From: Octopus sinensis
Taxonomy: Eukaryota
Assembly (NCBI RefSeq): GCF_006345805.1
Contig: NC_043002.1
Coordinates: 44,454,001 to 44,518,000, forward strand
Direction: 5' to 3'
Length of the DNA: 64,000 nucleotides
The notes below the pieces were generated by a model that was not told the DNA's origin, did no database searches, and saw only the letters and a program-made list of their open reading frames with translations. The position numbers and the translations under genes were made by a program. Shown piece by piece: positions 23,841 to 37,300 of this stretch; the stretch's first letter is position 1, and every line of letters starts with the position of its first letter.

Positions 23841-26800
23841 CAAGGAGAAGACTCTAGAAAAGAGGGTTCAAGGAGAAGATTCTAGAATCACACGATGGCT
23901 TCATGCTGATTTATCTGTTTATTAGACTGATCACATGAAGCTACTGTGGTTTGCCCCTTATGTCTAACCGATTATCTTCCGTGTTCGAATCCCTGCCAGA
24001 AGCTAATCAATTTACTCATACACTGAAAGCAAACCAAACTACTAACCCCCCACCGTTTATAAACAGTGTGTTATAGCAACTCCAAATAAAGCTGAGGCAA
24101 CCTCTGTGTCTCGAACCAGCTTTCTCATATCAAGCCTGCACAAAATTTTTCACTTTGTAACGATGTGTCTAATATTTAACACGCACATGCACACACACAC
24201 ACACACACACACACACGTCGTCTATTTTAATTTTCTTATATTAAAATTTTGTTTTTAATCTTTATCTCAGCATTTATATGGTATATGTGACGCAGCGAGT
24301 GTACTTCATTCGGATGAGCGTTTAAAATTTAGAAAACCTAAGCAAATTTTTTTCACTTAAAAATTAGAATTTCACTCTGCTAGGACAAAAAGTAAGATAT
24401 AATATTGACTTCTAAAACTTTAATATACTTCATAGTATATTATGGCTGCAAGAAGGAAATACTTAGTCCTTGCCAGTAATTAATACTTACTTATGACCTG
24501 CCAGAATTGTATCTAAGTTGGTATATCCAATAGAGTTACAACGCTAAGCATGATGGGTATTGAAGCAATGCGTTCATGGATATTTGATGGGTTGGATGAG
24601 GTGCTGATAAAACAGCAATAAGTCTTGAAATATGCATATACACCTACTTTATTTTTCTATCATCAATCGTATTATCTTTATAAACGCATTCGAGTACGAA
24701 ACGTCGTAAGTACTGGCCCTGAATTCTATAAAAAATCTATAGGTTATTACTTAAAAATGTAAACAGATTCTTTCATCAGTGTTCTGATGAAGTGGGAGCG
24801 CGAATATTGAATAGGTTCTTGCATTTTGGCTTTCTTTGTTCTGTGTTTGCTTGAAGTACTTTTCTTTGTGCATATTGTTGACATGAAACTTATTTTTCAT
24901 GCAGCTGTAGATCAAGGAAAGACTGTTCTCTGTTGAACAGTTTGTGGAGCTTAAGGCCATTAAAAACCTCTTAGTATTGCGGAATCTGATTTTCTATAAA
25001 ATATTGGTTCACTCCAAAGAAGTTATTTTAGAAAGCAGAGATTATTTTATGCTTTGCATTAAACCATCATATTTGAATTTGTATTTGGAATTATGTAAAG
25101 AATTTTCACGTGATTGACATTCAAAGCTGAACACCGATATTTGTATTTTAGCATAGAATGACTCTAATGTTGTAGATTAAGTATACATTCACACAAGTAT
25201 CACACACACACACACACTCACACATACACACACACACACACTCACACATACACACACTTAAACACACACGCACACCGATGTACATATATATGAATTTACC
25301 TATGTATGTATATTTATCATCATATGACGGTTGCTGAAATGATTATCCGTTTGGTCCTTTTATGCCGAATAGCAACGTTACGGAGACGTAAACAAACCAA
25401 CTCTTGTTATCGAGCGACGGAAAAGAGAAACAGACAAAAAGGTACACCCCTAACACACATGCACACACACAAACACACACTCATCCATACACACAAATAA
25501 TCAGACAATAATAAAGATGTTATGGCAAAAGTACGGATAATTTTTAACTTCCCCTCGTATATATATGGGGGGGCTTGTGTGTGTATGTGTGTATGTGCGT
25601 ATGAGTGTATGGGTGTTGGGTGGGTGTGGGTGTGGGTGTGTGATTGTAAGATCCGGGGATCTAGGTTTAGGAAGTTAAAAAGCTTCGAGTGATCCGTCGA
25701 AATTGTAAAAAACAAGAATAGTTTATCCATATCGAAGGTTGTAGGTTTTTCCTATATCTAATTTCGATAAGCTGAAAAGTTGTTTTATAGTTCACAGTTA
25801 CCAACTAGGGTTGCTATGAAGGCGACTAAAAATCCAAATTGAGAGAATGGAGTTGGTAAAATTCAGGCTATATATGTTCCCTTACTAGCAAATCCTCGGA
25901 AGTAATAATTGCTCAACGAGGGATATTCCGATAGCTTCTCACCAGACCGAAGTTGCCTCAGTTAAGAAACTCGCCAAAGATATAATTTTAAATGAGCAGT
26001 GAAATCGGAAGAATGGTGTAAAATAACAAAATAGTAAACCAAATTTCTGAAAAAATAACTTGGTCGGTAAGAGAAAAGAGAGAAGTAAAAAAATTTGGGA
26101 GTGGGAAATTTTCTAAATTTGTTAAGAATAAAGAAAAGTGGGGTTTAGATTGGATTGATGCTGACTTTAGGGCATGGTCGATGTCAATATTAAGCTGAGG
26201 TCACTTTACTATATCAACGGTAAACAAATATGTTATCTCACCCATGCATAAACATTGATACAGAATAAAAAGAAAGAAAAAAAGTTTTAGAAATGAAATA
26301 GTCAAGAATGAGAAGAAAAGCAAAAGAAGTTAACTATATAGGAGTGTGAGTAAGGTGGGACTGCTATAAGAGAGAAAAGTGAGGGGGATTAAGGTTTTAG
26401 CTATAGCAGTCGGAGTTACATCGGTGGCCTTCGTATCTCTTATCCTACTTAACGAAGACCTCATATTTGCACTAAAATATTCTGACCTATCTAGAGTTTA
26501 TATCGATATTATCCTAGCAGCCCGTCGAATTGTACAATTTGATAGAAAACTAATGACTTCGATATACCGATAGAAGCGAGCAACTCGGCCGAAGTCACAA
26601 ACCTCGTTGGTTGTTACCTGCTCTATTGTCTCCGGGACCAATTCTCTAGTATTTCCGATAGTTTGTTTCAGAATGGACAACGCTCTTTTTGCGACCCTGA
26701 ACTCTAGTAAACGTGAGGTAGAACAACTTTTTTTTTTTTCATTTTTGGAAAGTTAGATGGTTTGAAAGACGAGCTAGTTTTCGATGGAGTTTCTCTATAC

Positions 26801-27689
26801 GTCTCCTTTGAAGTCTAATGTCGGCTCCGTACCGATTAGATAATATGATTGTATTATCTAATCAATCAATGTTGTTGACTTTTTTCTTTTTTAGTTAAAA
26901 TTTCGGCTTTAAATCTGCGCAGAGTTAGCCCACTTCGGTATTTTCCATTGACAAAGGCTTACGAGACAGAAACACTGCATCTGGAAAACCGACAGAGGGG
27001 AACACTGGGCACATATTGTGTTTTACACATTTTACCATACGAAAATCTTTTTCTCCGCGGTAACTGCATTGCATTTGCCTTTAGAAACTGAAATGTGTCA
27101 CAAACATCGAGGCTGCTGGAAGAGATACTTGTCCAAGTTGCCACACAGTTTCTATACCAATGTCTTATGGTGGATTACACGTTTATAAGACTGTTTTCTA
27201 GTGCTGCTATTATTGAATCCTTATTTTTATTCTTACTGATTAGTGGATAGTCCTCGTTATAGAACTCTACGGTGTTTTCAGATGTATAAATTATGCATTC
27301 ACTGGCTTCTGCTGATTAAAACATATTTGAAAGGGTTCAGTAGATGCAGGAATGTGTGTACATATACGCCAGGTTTTGTAAGGCTTCCTGGGCACTACAC
27401 TACTTCAAAGTTTCCGCTATCTATTAATATGAATTAGCCTATATGAAGGAAGAAGGCAGTTCTTAACAACACACTCGAGCAATCGCTTTAAAACAATAGG
27501 CAAGTGTTATATTGTACAAAATTTCGTTATTTTAAATGCTGAAAAGAACATCTCTATCATTTAAAGAGCTAATGCATAGAAGAGACAAAAAGCATTTTAT
27601 ACTGGGATATTTTGATCAACTAACAACTCATCAATGAACTACAGCGGGCTTAGAGGGCGCTCATTTAAGAGTCACTTTCTCTCAAACAA

Positions 27690-28055
27690 TTCGTTCTCTT
27701 GAAAACACTAGGAAATTAACATATTTTTCGAAGTACACTTGTGAGTAAAGAAACCAAAGAAAATGCACTGGCATCTCATCAGCAGCGTTTTTATATCGTC
27801 CAATTTCTGCAATCTCTGCTTCAGAGAGAACCTCTGTCACACCTAGTTGTCTTCTTATAATCTTAAACAAATAGAACAGGGTAATATTATTTTCTGACAC
27901 ATCCCCAAAATCTTCTTTGAGAATTTATAGGAGAGCAATTTCCTTATGGATAGAAGACAAAAGCGGACAATTTACTCCCTTAATTCAACTAGAGTCATCA
28001 AATTACTTTCAAATGCGTTCAGGCATACGGATGAACGAATGAAACTGTGGTTCAA
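27690..28055 (-). repeat. Unclassified interspersed repeat, copy 2
   Basis: See copy 1; residual frame IHKEIALL*ILKEDFGDVSENNITL... Confidence 0.7.
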
Positions 28056-28164
28056 GTATGGTACTGCTTGTTTATCTTATCTATATTAACATATACAAAA
28101 CTCCAAGTACTTTCCGCAATGGGTGAATTGAGCATTTCATGCATTTGTACCATATGAATGATAT

Positions 28165-28763
28165 TTATTTCTTTATTGCCCACAAAGGGCTAATCATAGA
28201 GGGGACAAACAAGGACAGACAAACGGATTAAGTCGATTATATCGACCCCAGTGCGTATCTGGTACTTATTTAATCGACCCCGAAATGATGACAGGCAAAG
28301 TCGACCTCGGCGGAATTTGAACTCAAAACGTAGCGGCAGAAGAAATACCTATTTCTTTACTACCCACAAGGGGCTATATACAGAGGGGACAAACAAGGAC
28401 AGACAAACGGATTAAGTTGAATACATCGACCCCAGTGCGTAACTGGTACTTAATTTATCTACCCCGAAAGGATGAAAGGCAAAGTCGACCTCGGCGGAAT
28501 TTGAACTCAGAACGTAACGGCAGAAGAAATACCGATTTTTTACTACCCACAAGGGGCAACACACAGAGGGGACAAAAAAGGACAGACAAACGGATTAATT
28601 CGATTACATCGACCCCAGTGCGTAACTGGTACTTAATTTATCTACCCCGAAAGGATGAAAGGCATAGTCGACCTCGGCAGAATTTGAACTCAGAACGTAA
28701 CGGCAGATGAAATACGGCTACGCATTTCGCCCAGCGTGCTAACGCTTCTGCCAGCTCGCCGCC
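28165..28763 (-). mobile_element. tRNA-derived SINE with Nin/Deu-like central domain, as a head-to-tail trimer (period 183-184 bp)
   Basis: Minus strand: head GGCGGCGAGCTGGCAGAAGCGTTAGC, B box GAGTTCAAATTC, body gcctttcatcctttcggggtagataaattaagtaccag. ggggacaaa recurs at 28201, 28385 and 28568. Confidence 0.85.
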
Positions 28764-30036
28764 CTATGATCAATATTGAAATACATATGGGTTTGCGTAT
28801 GTGTATTAATTTACAAATATCAAATAAACAAATATGTTTGTTTATTTATACGAAATTACTTCATACACAAGTGTGTCACACAAATGTTTATGAAATCAAT
28901 GTTTCTAATTTTAACTTAATATTTATTTAATGATCTTTCGAAGCAAAAAATAAATCTCAGGTATCACCCTGGGAAATTATTTTGAAAGCGTTTATTTGTA
29001 TGATGTTCCAGTTAACTGTTTATTTTGATAAAATTTGTTGTTTTCTTTCTTTCATTACGCGCCTTCTCACTTTATTTTTAGAGTAACACTCAAAACACAG
29101 CTAATTTCTACAGAAATACATTGAGTGATGAAAATAATTCATCTCAATATGATCCATCATTCCACAAGTAGTCTACTGAAATAGTCTTACTTTCAGAAGT
29201 GAACCATCAGAAAGAAATGTGATTTTCTATAGATTCTTTTGAAGATATGAACTTGTGTTTTATTTTAACTTTTTATGCATAGATTATGTATTATTTGTAT
29301 TGCTAAATATTCTTTAATTTACAATTTCAAAATAATGCAACTATATATTCTTTTCAAAGCATTCTGCCTCTATTTTTAGTCATTTATGCGTTATAAATAT
29401 TTGAATCAACTTTAGTATTCTCCTTGAATAACACCGAAACCTGTGGGATTTGATCATAGAAATGGACACAAACCAGCGACAGTATATCGTCCGTTCCTAA
29501 TCGATTTTCTCTGCTTGCAGCCCACACTGAGAACAAAAACATCAGTAACATACATGCATAATACTTTCAAGAGAACGAACTGTTGTTTGAGTGCTTGTGA
29601 CTCTTAAATGAACGCTCTCTAAGTCCGCTGTAGCTTATTGGTGAGTTGTTAGTTGATTAAACCATCCCAGTATAAAATCCTTTTTGTCTCTTCTATCTCT
29701 TAAATGATAGAGATGTTCTATTGTTCGTGATATATATGCATTCGTCACCTGCCGAAACGTTACGACGAAATAAGGACCACCATTATTTCGAATATTCTTG
29801 AGCATGACCTACGTTTTGGATTTCATATTACTAACAACAGTATTTTATATAAAGATATTCGAAGTCTGATCATGAAGTATCCAGACTTTTGCCATAGAAC
29901 TGCTGGTTTTATTGGCTTTGATGACAGCAGTCGAAGCTCGAGAAGTCAAATTTAAAATATTAATAAATCGCCATGTATATATGCATATACATATACAATC
30001 ACACACTTATGTATATATGTATGCATACATATACAA

Positions 30037-30072
<36 letters not shown>

Positions 30073-31860
30073 GAGGGTGTGGGTGTAAGGTGTATATGGC
30101 GTCACTATGTGAACTTTAGGTATAGTGTCAGAACCAATTCTGGAAAGTGAAAATGAATGTAGAAGGTGTAGTTTGCGCTGCTGAGATCGTTCTAATAGTA
30201 GCTTCTTAATGTAGAGAACAATGATAAATTAGTGAGGATGGTTTCTGACATAATATATTTAAAGAAGCGCAAAGTACATACTATAAAAAATAGGTTGTAT
30301 TGTTTCAATATAACTTTACATCAAAAAAGATTTTCATAAGATGCCTTAGACCTATGAATACCACTTCAACTTACAGATTCTCTCAGCTGCATACATGCGA
30401 AATATATCAAATGGCAGAGAAACTGAGAGGGAGAGGGAGAGAGGGTCTATGAAAGGGTAAGAGAGAAAGACTGTAAGAGAGAAAGAAAGTGTATAAGAAA
30501 GAGAAATAGATTTTATAAAATACGTTTCGCTTTAATCTTGTTTCAACGCTTATTATTATGAAAATAAGCAGTTCGATATTGCCATTTTGCTAGGATGGAA
30601 TTACATCTTAGAGTACGGAGCTTACACGCAACTTATTAGAATACATGCACATGTTAGAGACAAAAACTAACGGAAGCATAAAAGAAATATTGCTGTCAGT
30701 ACAACTGATTGGGTGAATAAGTTGTCAAAACAAATCAGACACATAATAGTTTAAACGAAGTGAAATATCAGATTGGGTTATGTTTCATACACCAAGTTTG
30801 ATGATTCTCACAAGGATGATTACTTAGTATCCGTAAAAAGAATACACGTACACACACAGACATGAACTTCGTTTTCTATAAAAGCTTATGTTTGTTTATA
30901 TGAAATGTAATATGCATGTTTATTTAGAGATACATTTGCAGACGTGCTTATGCACGCTAATTTAGAAGGCATGCATTTTTTTGATCGTCATTTTTTATTT
31001 GTTTCTAGATGCGTTGTTTTCCTTCTCTAAATCTCTCCATTTTTTAAATATTTATAATACAAATAAATATAATACACTTGTAAGCATACGGCTGTGTATT
31101 CGTGTATTGCTCACTTTAAAATAGGAATCCATACGCATTTGTATATTAAATCACATCATTTATTGCAACATGCTATTATTTTGATAATGTGCCAAAAATG
31201 AAACATTTAATGTTTCGAAGCTTTTAAGCTTATTACTTGATGCAATAATGATATCGTTCCAAGGTTTAGTTGTAATAAAAGAAAAGAAACAATGTAAATT
31301 TAGTAAATATTACACACCTCTCGACAATAATATTTTTGCTTGTGTATCTGTGATAGCTTCATTTAGAAATTGAAAAGAATTACATGTATATTCATGGTAT
31401 TTAATTTGACATTGTTTTCAAATAGTTTCTGTCAAAATCATTCACAGATAAAGATGATAAATATATGAACGTCAAAGCTAAGTGATAATTTTATCAAAAT
31501 ATAAGCAAGGAATTGTGGTGTGGTAAGATCTAAAGTACTACAGAGTTAGCTTAGAAAGGAAATAGTATATTAGTGAATTAACTTCCTTCATTAACAAATT
31601 TTCAATTAGTTTTTTTTTTATCAATTGTTTTATTCATTGGACTGTAGTGAAGCTACGATGCCAACTTTAAAGGTATAGTTGAATAAATCAACCCTGTACT
31701 TATTTTTCTGAAGTCTGATACTAATGCTATTGATCTCATTTGCCACACCGCTAGGTAACAGGAACGGAAACCAGCCAGCTGAAACATACACGAAGACACA
31801 CACACACACACACAGACATACTCGCAAACACACACACAAACATACATGCATACATACATA

Positions 31861-32740
31861 GGTAGACTGATCATGAAGTATACGGACTGTTGCCATAGTA
31901 ACAAAGCTGAAGCACGCAGAGTGAAGCCGCTTGCAACAGTTTGTCCTTAAACTCTGTTGAGCATGCACACTAAGTTTTACTGTTTTCGTTCACTTCTGCT
32001 GTTTATAGCAGGGCTTAGAATGAAGGTGTGTAGGGTGTGATCGTCGCATTGACTATGATAGAGAATGTTGAGCAGAGAATCTGCATCAAATTTTACCAAA
32101 AGCCTGCCGATACCTGCTCAGAGGCCTACGCAAAGTCTTTAAAAGTTTTCATCGTTCTCATCACGATCAAGATCTTTTGAAACTGAAACCCGAGTGTGTT
32201 TTTGGCCAGCTGAAAGGGGTTTTGAAACAAACTTGGCAGACACGCGTCTGATACCCAAATCTTCAGTGATAATGTACTGAATTGAACCATAAGTAATCTC
32301 CACATTCTCTGGTTACTTACGGATGGCAATTCGACTATTTACTTTCACAGCTGTGCTCACATCTACGATGTTTTTCTCAGTTCCGCTGGCTGCGAGTCTC
32401 CCTGAACGTTCGTCAGTATCGACATTTTTTTCGGTTATCTTGGAAATACTTGAACGACTCGTACATTTGTGTCAGCTTATACTCTCCTCTCCATGAACTT
32501 TCTGCAACTCTGCGTAGGTCTCTGAACCATGAGAACTTCCTCTGTCATAGTCAGTGCGATGATCATACGTACACACCTTATTTCTAAGCACTGTTGTATA
32601 TAGCACAGTGTGCTAGAACGTTAAAACTTAGTGAAAATGCAGAGCAGAGTTCAAGGTCAATCTTTGCCAAGTGGCTTCACTCTGTACGCTATAGCTCCGT
32701 TATAATGGCAACGGTGCGGATATTTATTGGTCAGACCTCG
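31861..32740. mobile_element. Mariner-derived fold-back element built from two transposase 5' ends
   Basis: The + arm encodes MIENVEQRICIKFYQKPADTCSEAYAK. The - arm starts TA-CGAGGTCTGACCAATAAATATCC (mariner TIR-like) and runs to NDENFLK. Ends are homologous over about 250 bp, with TA at both termini. Confidence 0.75.
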
Positions 32741-32799
32741 TAATACATACATATATTTACATATATACATATATATACACACACATATATATATATATA

Positions 32800-32995
32800 T
32801 ATCACGTGATTATGTGGCCAACCAAGCTATAAGATGTTGTTACACATCGCTCGTCAATACAATGGGTTTTTGCATTGTTTTAGCCACTGGTTAAGCGTGC
32901 AGGCCAATATTCTCTACACCTCTGATCGAAAAGGGGACTGAAGCAACGTAAAATTAAGTGTTTTGCTTTAGAACACAACACACCGCCTGCCCAGG
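32800..32995 (-). mobile_element. 5'-truncated CORE-like SINE fragment
   Basis: Minus strand gtgttgtgttctaaagcaaaacacttaattttacgttgcttcagtcc matches the core of the SINEs at 41192 and 45545. Confidence 0.55.
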
Positions 32996-33005
32996 TGCGT
33001 ATATA

Positions 33006-34192
33006 TCTTTATATATATAAAACTGAGAATGTGTGTCTGTCTGTCTGTCTGTCTGTCTGTGTGTTTCCCTAAAAATTGAAAACTACAAAACCAATTTCAT
33101 TCAAATTTTACACATGCCCTACTTAGGGTCCAGGGAGTGTCATCGGCAAAAAAAATTTGAACTTTTTGCCTAGGGCGAGCCCACAGCAATATCATACCTT
33201 CTCCACTACGATTCCCTAAACCTTGAGAACTACACAACCAATTCCATTCAAATTTTACACATGGTCCATGTAGTTTCATGGGCAAAAGAAATGTTCAGCT
33301 TCTTGCCTAGAGCGAGCCCATAGCAATATCATATCTTCTCCACTATTTCAGTATTACGTGTTAAAAGTGAAACAAAAGCGTTTCTCTATTTTATGTCAGA
33401 TACTTTCACTTTAACAATAAAAATTAGAGATAATAATAACAATTGAATTATATGTAGTAAGTAATAATTAAAATCAAACTAAAGTATAATATAATCGTAA
33501 CATAACAAAAGTAAAAATAGCAATTGGTATAAAATTGCATCAGTGACTTGAACTTGAATAAGTGGTTTCACATGAATGGGAATAAATTAAAAATAAAATT
33601 AGCGTGCAGAAATGGAATAGTCCAGATGGATAATAAAACATTAAATTAAAGAAAAGACTATTGTCTATAAAGTATACAATGTAGAGAAAAAAGAAGATTT
33701 GAACACCTGGAGGAAAGCACCTTCGAAAAGTGCCTTGGTGCAACTATGAAATATATCTAACCAGAGGCAGTAAATTCGCCACAATAGAAGCAAGGTTCGA
33801 GTCAACAGAGCGTGCAAGGGAGTACTCGACTCGAACTTGCAAAGTGGAAATATTTTACGTTTACCTTTATATCTGGGACGTAGGACGTCCCGGAAGAAAA
33901 TTTAAAATCCCCCCCCCCCCGAAGTAGAGATAGGCTGGATTGTAGCCACACTTCTATACAAGAGGGAGGGCAAGATACAATTGATCGAAATTACAAGAGA
34001 CGGGCTAACAATTCCAGTTTGTTATATATTTTGAGTATTGTTATCACTAGCGATATCAAGATATAACTTTGTATTTTGTATTTTATGTGTAGATGTATAT
34101 ATATAGATGTACATGTAATATGTACACATATATAAACACATATATACATGCACTAGCACTATGACCCGGCAATGACGGGTCTTTAATGCTAG
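33006..34192 (+). mobile_element. Non-autonomous Helitron
   Basis: Starts A|TCTTTATATATATAAAACTGAGAATG followed by (GTCT)n. Ends with hairpin GACCCG-gcaatga-CGGGTC (34163-34181) then CTAG|T. Internal duplication 33067-33209 / 33214-33345. Confidence 0.75.
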
Positions 34193-34429
34193 TATATATA
34201 TATATGTATACGTATTATATGTATATATGTGTGTGTGTGTATTATGTGTATATATTTGTATATTATATTATATATATATGTGTGTGTGTGTATGTATGTA
34301 TATACATGCATGCATGTATGTTTATATGTATATATCTGGACACACCCACAAACACAATTTATACATATATCAATATTTGCCTCGAAGAAATATTCCATAT
34401 CCTTACCTCCAAATCTAATTTGTTTAACA

Positions 34430-34600
34430 GCGGAAACGAATTAAGGACAAAATGTTCAAATATATAAACAGGGGTTTGACAAAATAATGAAACGCCTTAA
34501 AATGTCGAACAAGTATCTTTTGATATGGAGTAGGACCGCATTTGGCAGTAGTTACATCTTGAATTCTACGAGGTATGGCTCGTACAAAGTTTGAATTGTT
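34430..34600 (-). mobile_element. Tc1-like transposase C-terminal relic
   Basis: NFVRAIPRRIQDVTTAKCGPTPY resembles the Tc1 C-terminus (LVxSMPRRIxAVIxAKGGxTKY). Confidence 0.4.
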
Positions 34601-34608
34601 TCCAAAGG

Positions 34609-35935
34609 GTATCACGATCGCTACTTATATTCTTTACTAAATGTTTTAGGTACTGAGCAGTTCTTCTCTTTACACTCTATGGAGGGTGGAAATTGAAGTT
34701 AAGGTATCGTCCAGGAAAGGTCGGCTTACGGTATACGGATGTCCTGAATCCATACTTGAATCCAAGTCTGTTCACCAAAGTACCAACTGGGGAAGCTCTA
34801 TCGGTGATTCAAGAAAAACTAGTGACAGACACCCATCTAAAAGAACGCACTAGTATACCAATAAGAAACTTGATAGAAATGTTGACCTTCTGTGGAGAAT
34901 CTACCTATTTCAGTACGGACACTGATATATAACGACAAGAAGAGAGTTTAGCTATGGGTTCGCCATTATCACCGATAATAGCCAATATATACATGGAATA
35001 TACATGAGGAGAATTTGGCTTTAGGATCAACACCACTAAAACCAACCCTATGGCTGCGATATGTTGATGACACCTTTATTCACTGGCCCCACCAGGAAGA
35101 TTTCCAAGTGCATGTGAACTCAATAAAGCCATCCATAGAGTTCACAATGGAAAAGGCAAAAAGACAATCAGCAAGCATTCCTGGATGTATTAATAACACG
35201 CACCAAGTATGGATTCAGGATATCCCTATACCGCAAGCCGACCTTCACTGGACGATAACTTAACTTCAACTCCAACCATCCATACAGTGTAAAGAGAGGA
35301 ATTGCTCAGTGCCTAAAACATCGAGTAAAGTATATAAGTAGCGATCGTGATACACACCACGAGGAAATTACCAAACTCAGTAACAATCTATTAAGCAACA
35401 ACTACCCCAAAACATACTATCTATTCCAATTATGAAGAAAAGAGCGGATGAAACCAATAAACTGTCTACAGTCTGTCTATCCCATGTGAAAGGCCTCTCC
35501 GAAAATACAGAAAAGATATGCGGCCCATATGAAATCAGGACAGTATTCAAGAGTAATACAGCACTTAACAAATATCTCCTTCGAGTAAAACCACCAATAG
35601 AAGATAATATGACCCAAAACTGCGTGTACTCCATCCCATGCAGGTATGGTAATTTATACAAAGGTGAAACATGCCGCCCCTTCAATATAAGGGTAGACGA
35701 ACATCGCAAAGTTGTGACACGAGGAGATATTGATAAATCGGGTATAGTTGATCATGTATAGGGAAAATGGAAATCACCTCCCCCTGTAGGATGAAGTTAA
35801 AATAATAGACAGAGAACACCACTGGAAAATACGAAAATTAAAAGAAGCAGTACATATTCTAGAACACAACAACCTCCTAAGCAGACCGAGTGCAGACGTG
35901 AGTAGCATATGGGAACCGGTATTAAGGTAGTATAG
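34609..35935 (+). mobile_element. Penelope/Poseidon-type PLE (RT plus C-terminal GIY-YIG), frameshifted, with an inverted 5' segment
   Basis: SLFTKVP; LAMGSPLSPIIANIYME; WLRYVDDTF; FLDVLI; YRKPT; NCVYSIPC...YKGETCRPFNIRVDEH (GIY-YIG). 34609-34744 is an inverted copy of 35218-35353. Confidence 0.9.
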
Positions 35936-35983
35936 AAAAATATTAGATTTATAAGCGCCAAATTTCATTTCATAATTGTCCAC

Positions 35984-36052
35984 GGCTATATGGCGTAGTG
36001 ATCAAGAGCGCGGGCTACTAAGCCGAATATTCCAAGTTCGATTCCAGGCAGT
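35984..36052 (+). mobile_element. tRNA-like SINE head followed by (AAT)n(AAC)n
   Basis: A box TGGCGTAGTGA (35991), B box GTTCGATTCC (36036-36045); no complete cloverleaf. Confidence 0.55.
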
Positions 36053-36864
36053 GACGTGAATAATAATAATAATAATAATAATAACAACAACACCAACAAC
36101 ATCGAAAAATACCTTAGGAATGAGAATCCAGGTTCTAAATTTCGAAACAAGATGTGGACAAATATCCGTCAAATGTAAATAATGTGCATAATTCCTCATC
36201 TTTTAAATACAGATCTGTATATTGCTCAATACTTAACATAAAAATAAACAAGCTTTTGACAGTTTTATAGATATCTCAACATTACGATGCTATGTTGCTC
36301 GGTTTTACCATTATTTTGTCCAACGCCTGTATAGACACATACGCACATTTTCAAATATTTACTTTATAAGTTGCCTTGCAACTAGTTTACTCAAATAGAA
36401 GGTAAGCATACAGAACTCTTGCTCTAATGATTTTAATATAATTTTAAAATATTTTTACGTAATAGCTTTTTATATTCTACTACTGGGGTGGTATTATGAT
36501 TTTTTTCTTTCTCTATTTTACTGTTTTTCCAATATATTTCTACTAATACTTCTCACATAATTTTTTTTAATAATATTTACTTTAAACCAACTATTTATCT
36601 ATCCTTATGGGTACAGCTCAGTAACCCTTGAGAATGTTTGCTTTACTTTTGTGAATCCTCTGAACGCATCATTATGTGTCTAAATTATAAATATCTTAAG
36701 TTTTCCTTAGATTTCTATTATAATATTTAGCATCATTGGTCATTGTTCTAACATAATTAAACTGCTGTTCTATAGCTGAAATTACATTGATGTATTTTTC
36801 AAAATCCACTGTGGTTTTGTTTGAGTTTAAATACGACAAGAATTGTACATCTATATTAGTTTCA

Positions 36865-37045
36865 CATTTTGGCAAAAGGCCAGCAATTTTGTGAGAGGAG
36901 TTAAGTGGACTATATCGATCACAGTGTTCAAACTGGTACTAATTTTATCGACACCGAAAGTAAGAAAGCAAAATCAGCCTCCGTAGAATTTCAACTCATG
37001 ACGTAAAGACGGAAGAAATGTCGCTAAGCATTTTGGCCGGTGTAT
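36865..37045 (-). mobile_element. Old Nin/Deu-like SINE copy
   Basis: actggtactaattttatcgacaccgaaag...gaatttcaactc...gctaagcattt is similar to the 28165 family. Confidence 0.6.
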
Positions 37046-37300
37046 ATTCCGTTATTAATTCATGACCATGTTGGAACGCCACTATTTAGGGTAATTTCTG
37101 CTACGGCGGCGGCACCTGTATTCATTTTATTAACATATAAAGGATGAAAAGTTAAACTGACCTTGCCTGATTTAAAGTTAAAATGAAACATATGTAATGA
37201 TTGTAATGAAACCGAAGATTAATATACTTTAACTACTTGACAACTGCATTTCTAGCTCTGCCTTGAAGGAAGCTTTACGTCCTTAACTCACGTTTTTGAA

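Noticed and set aside
25612-25637. G-quadruplex-like GGG runs (also minus strand at about 63385-63425)
   Set aside because: They sit within TG or low-complexity microsatellite context, with no independent sign of function.
26380-26720. Possible PLE RT remnant on the minus strand (LKQTIG...RFYRYIEVI)
   Set aside because: The catalytic DD is absent and no supporting flanking motifs were recovered by eye; needs a profile search.
28165-28763. Regularly spaced repeats reminiscent of a CRISPR array
   Set aside because: The whole 183-bp unit repeats with no unique spacers; it is a SINE multimer in eukaryotic DNA, with no cas genes.
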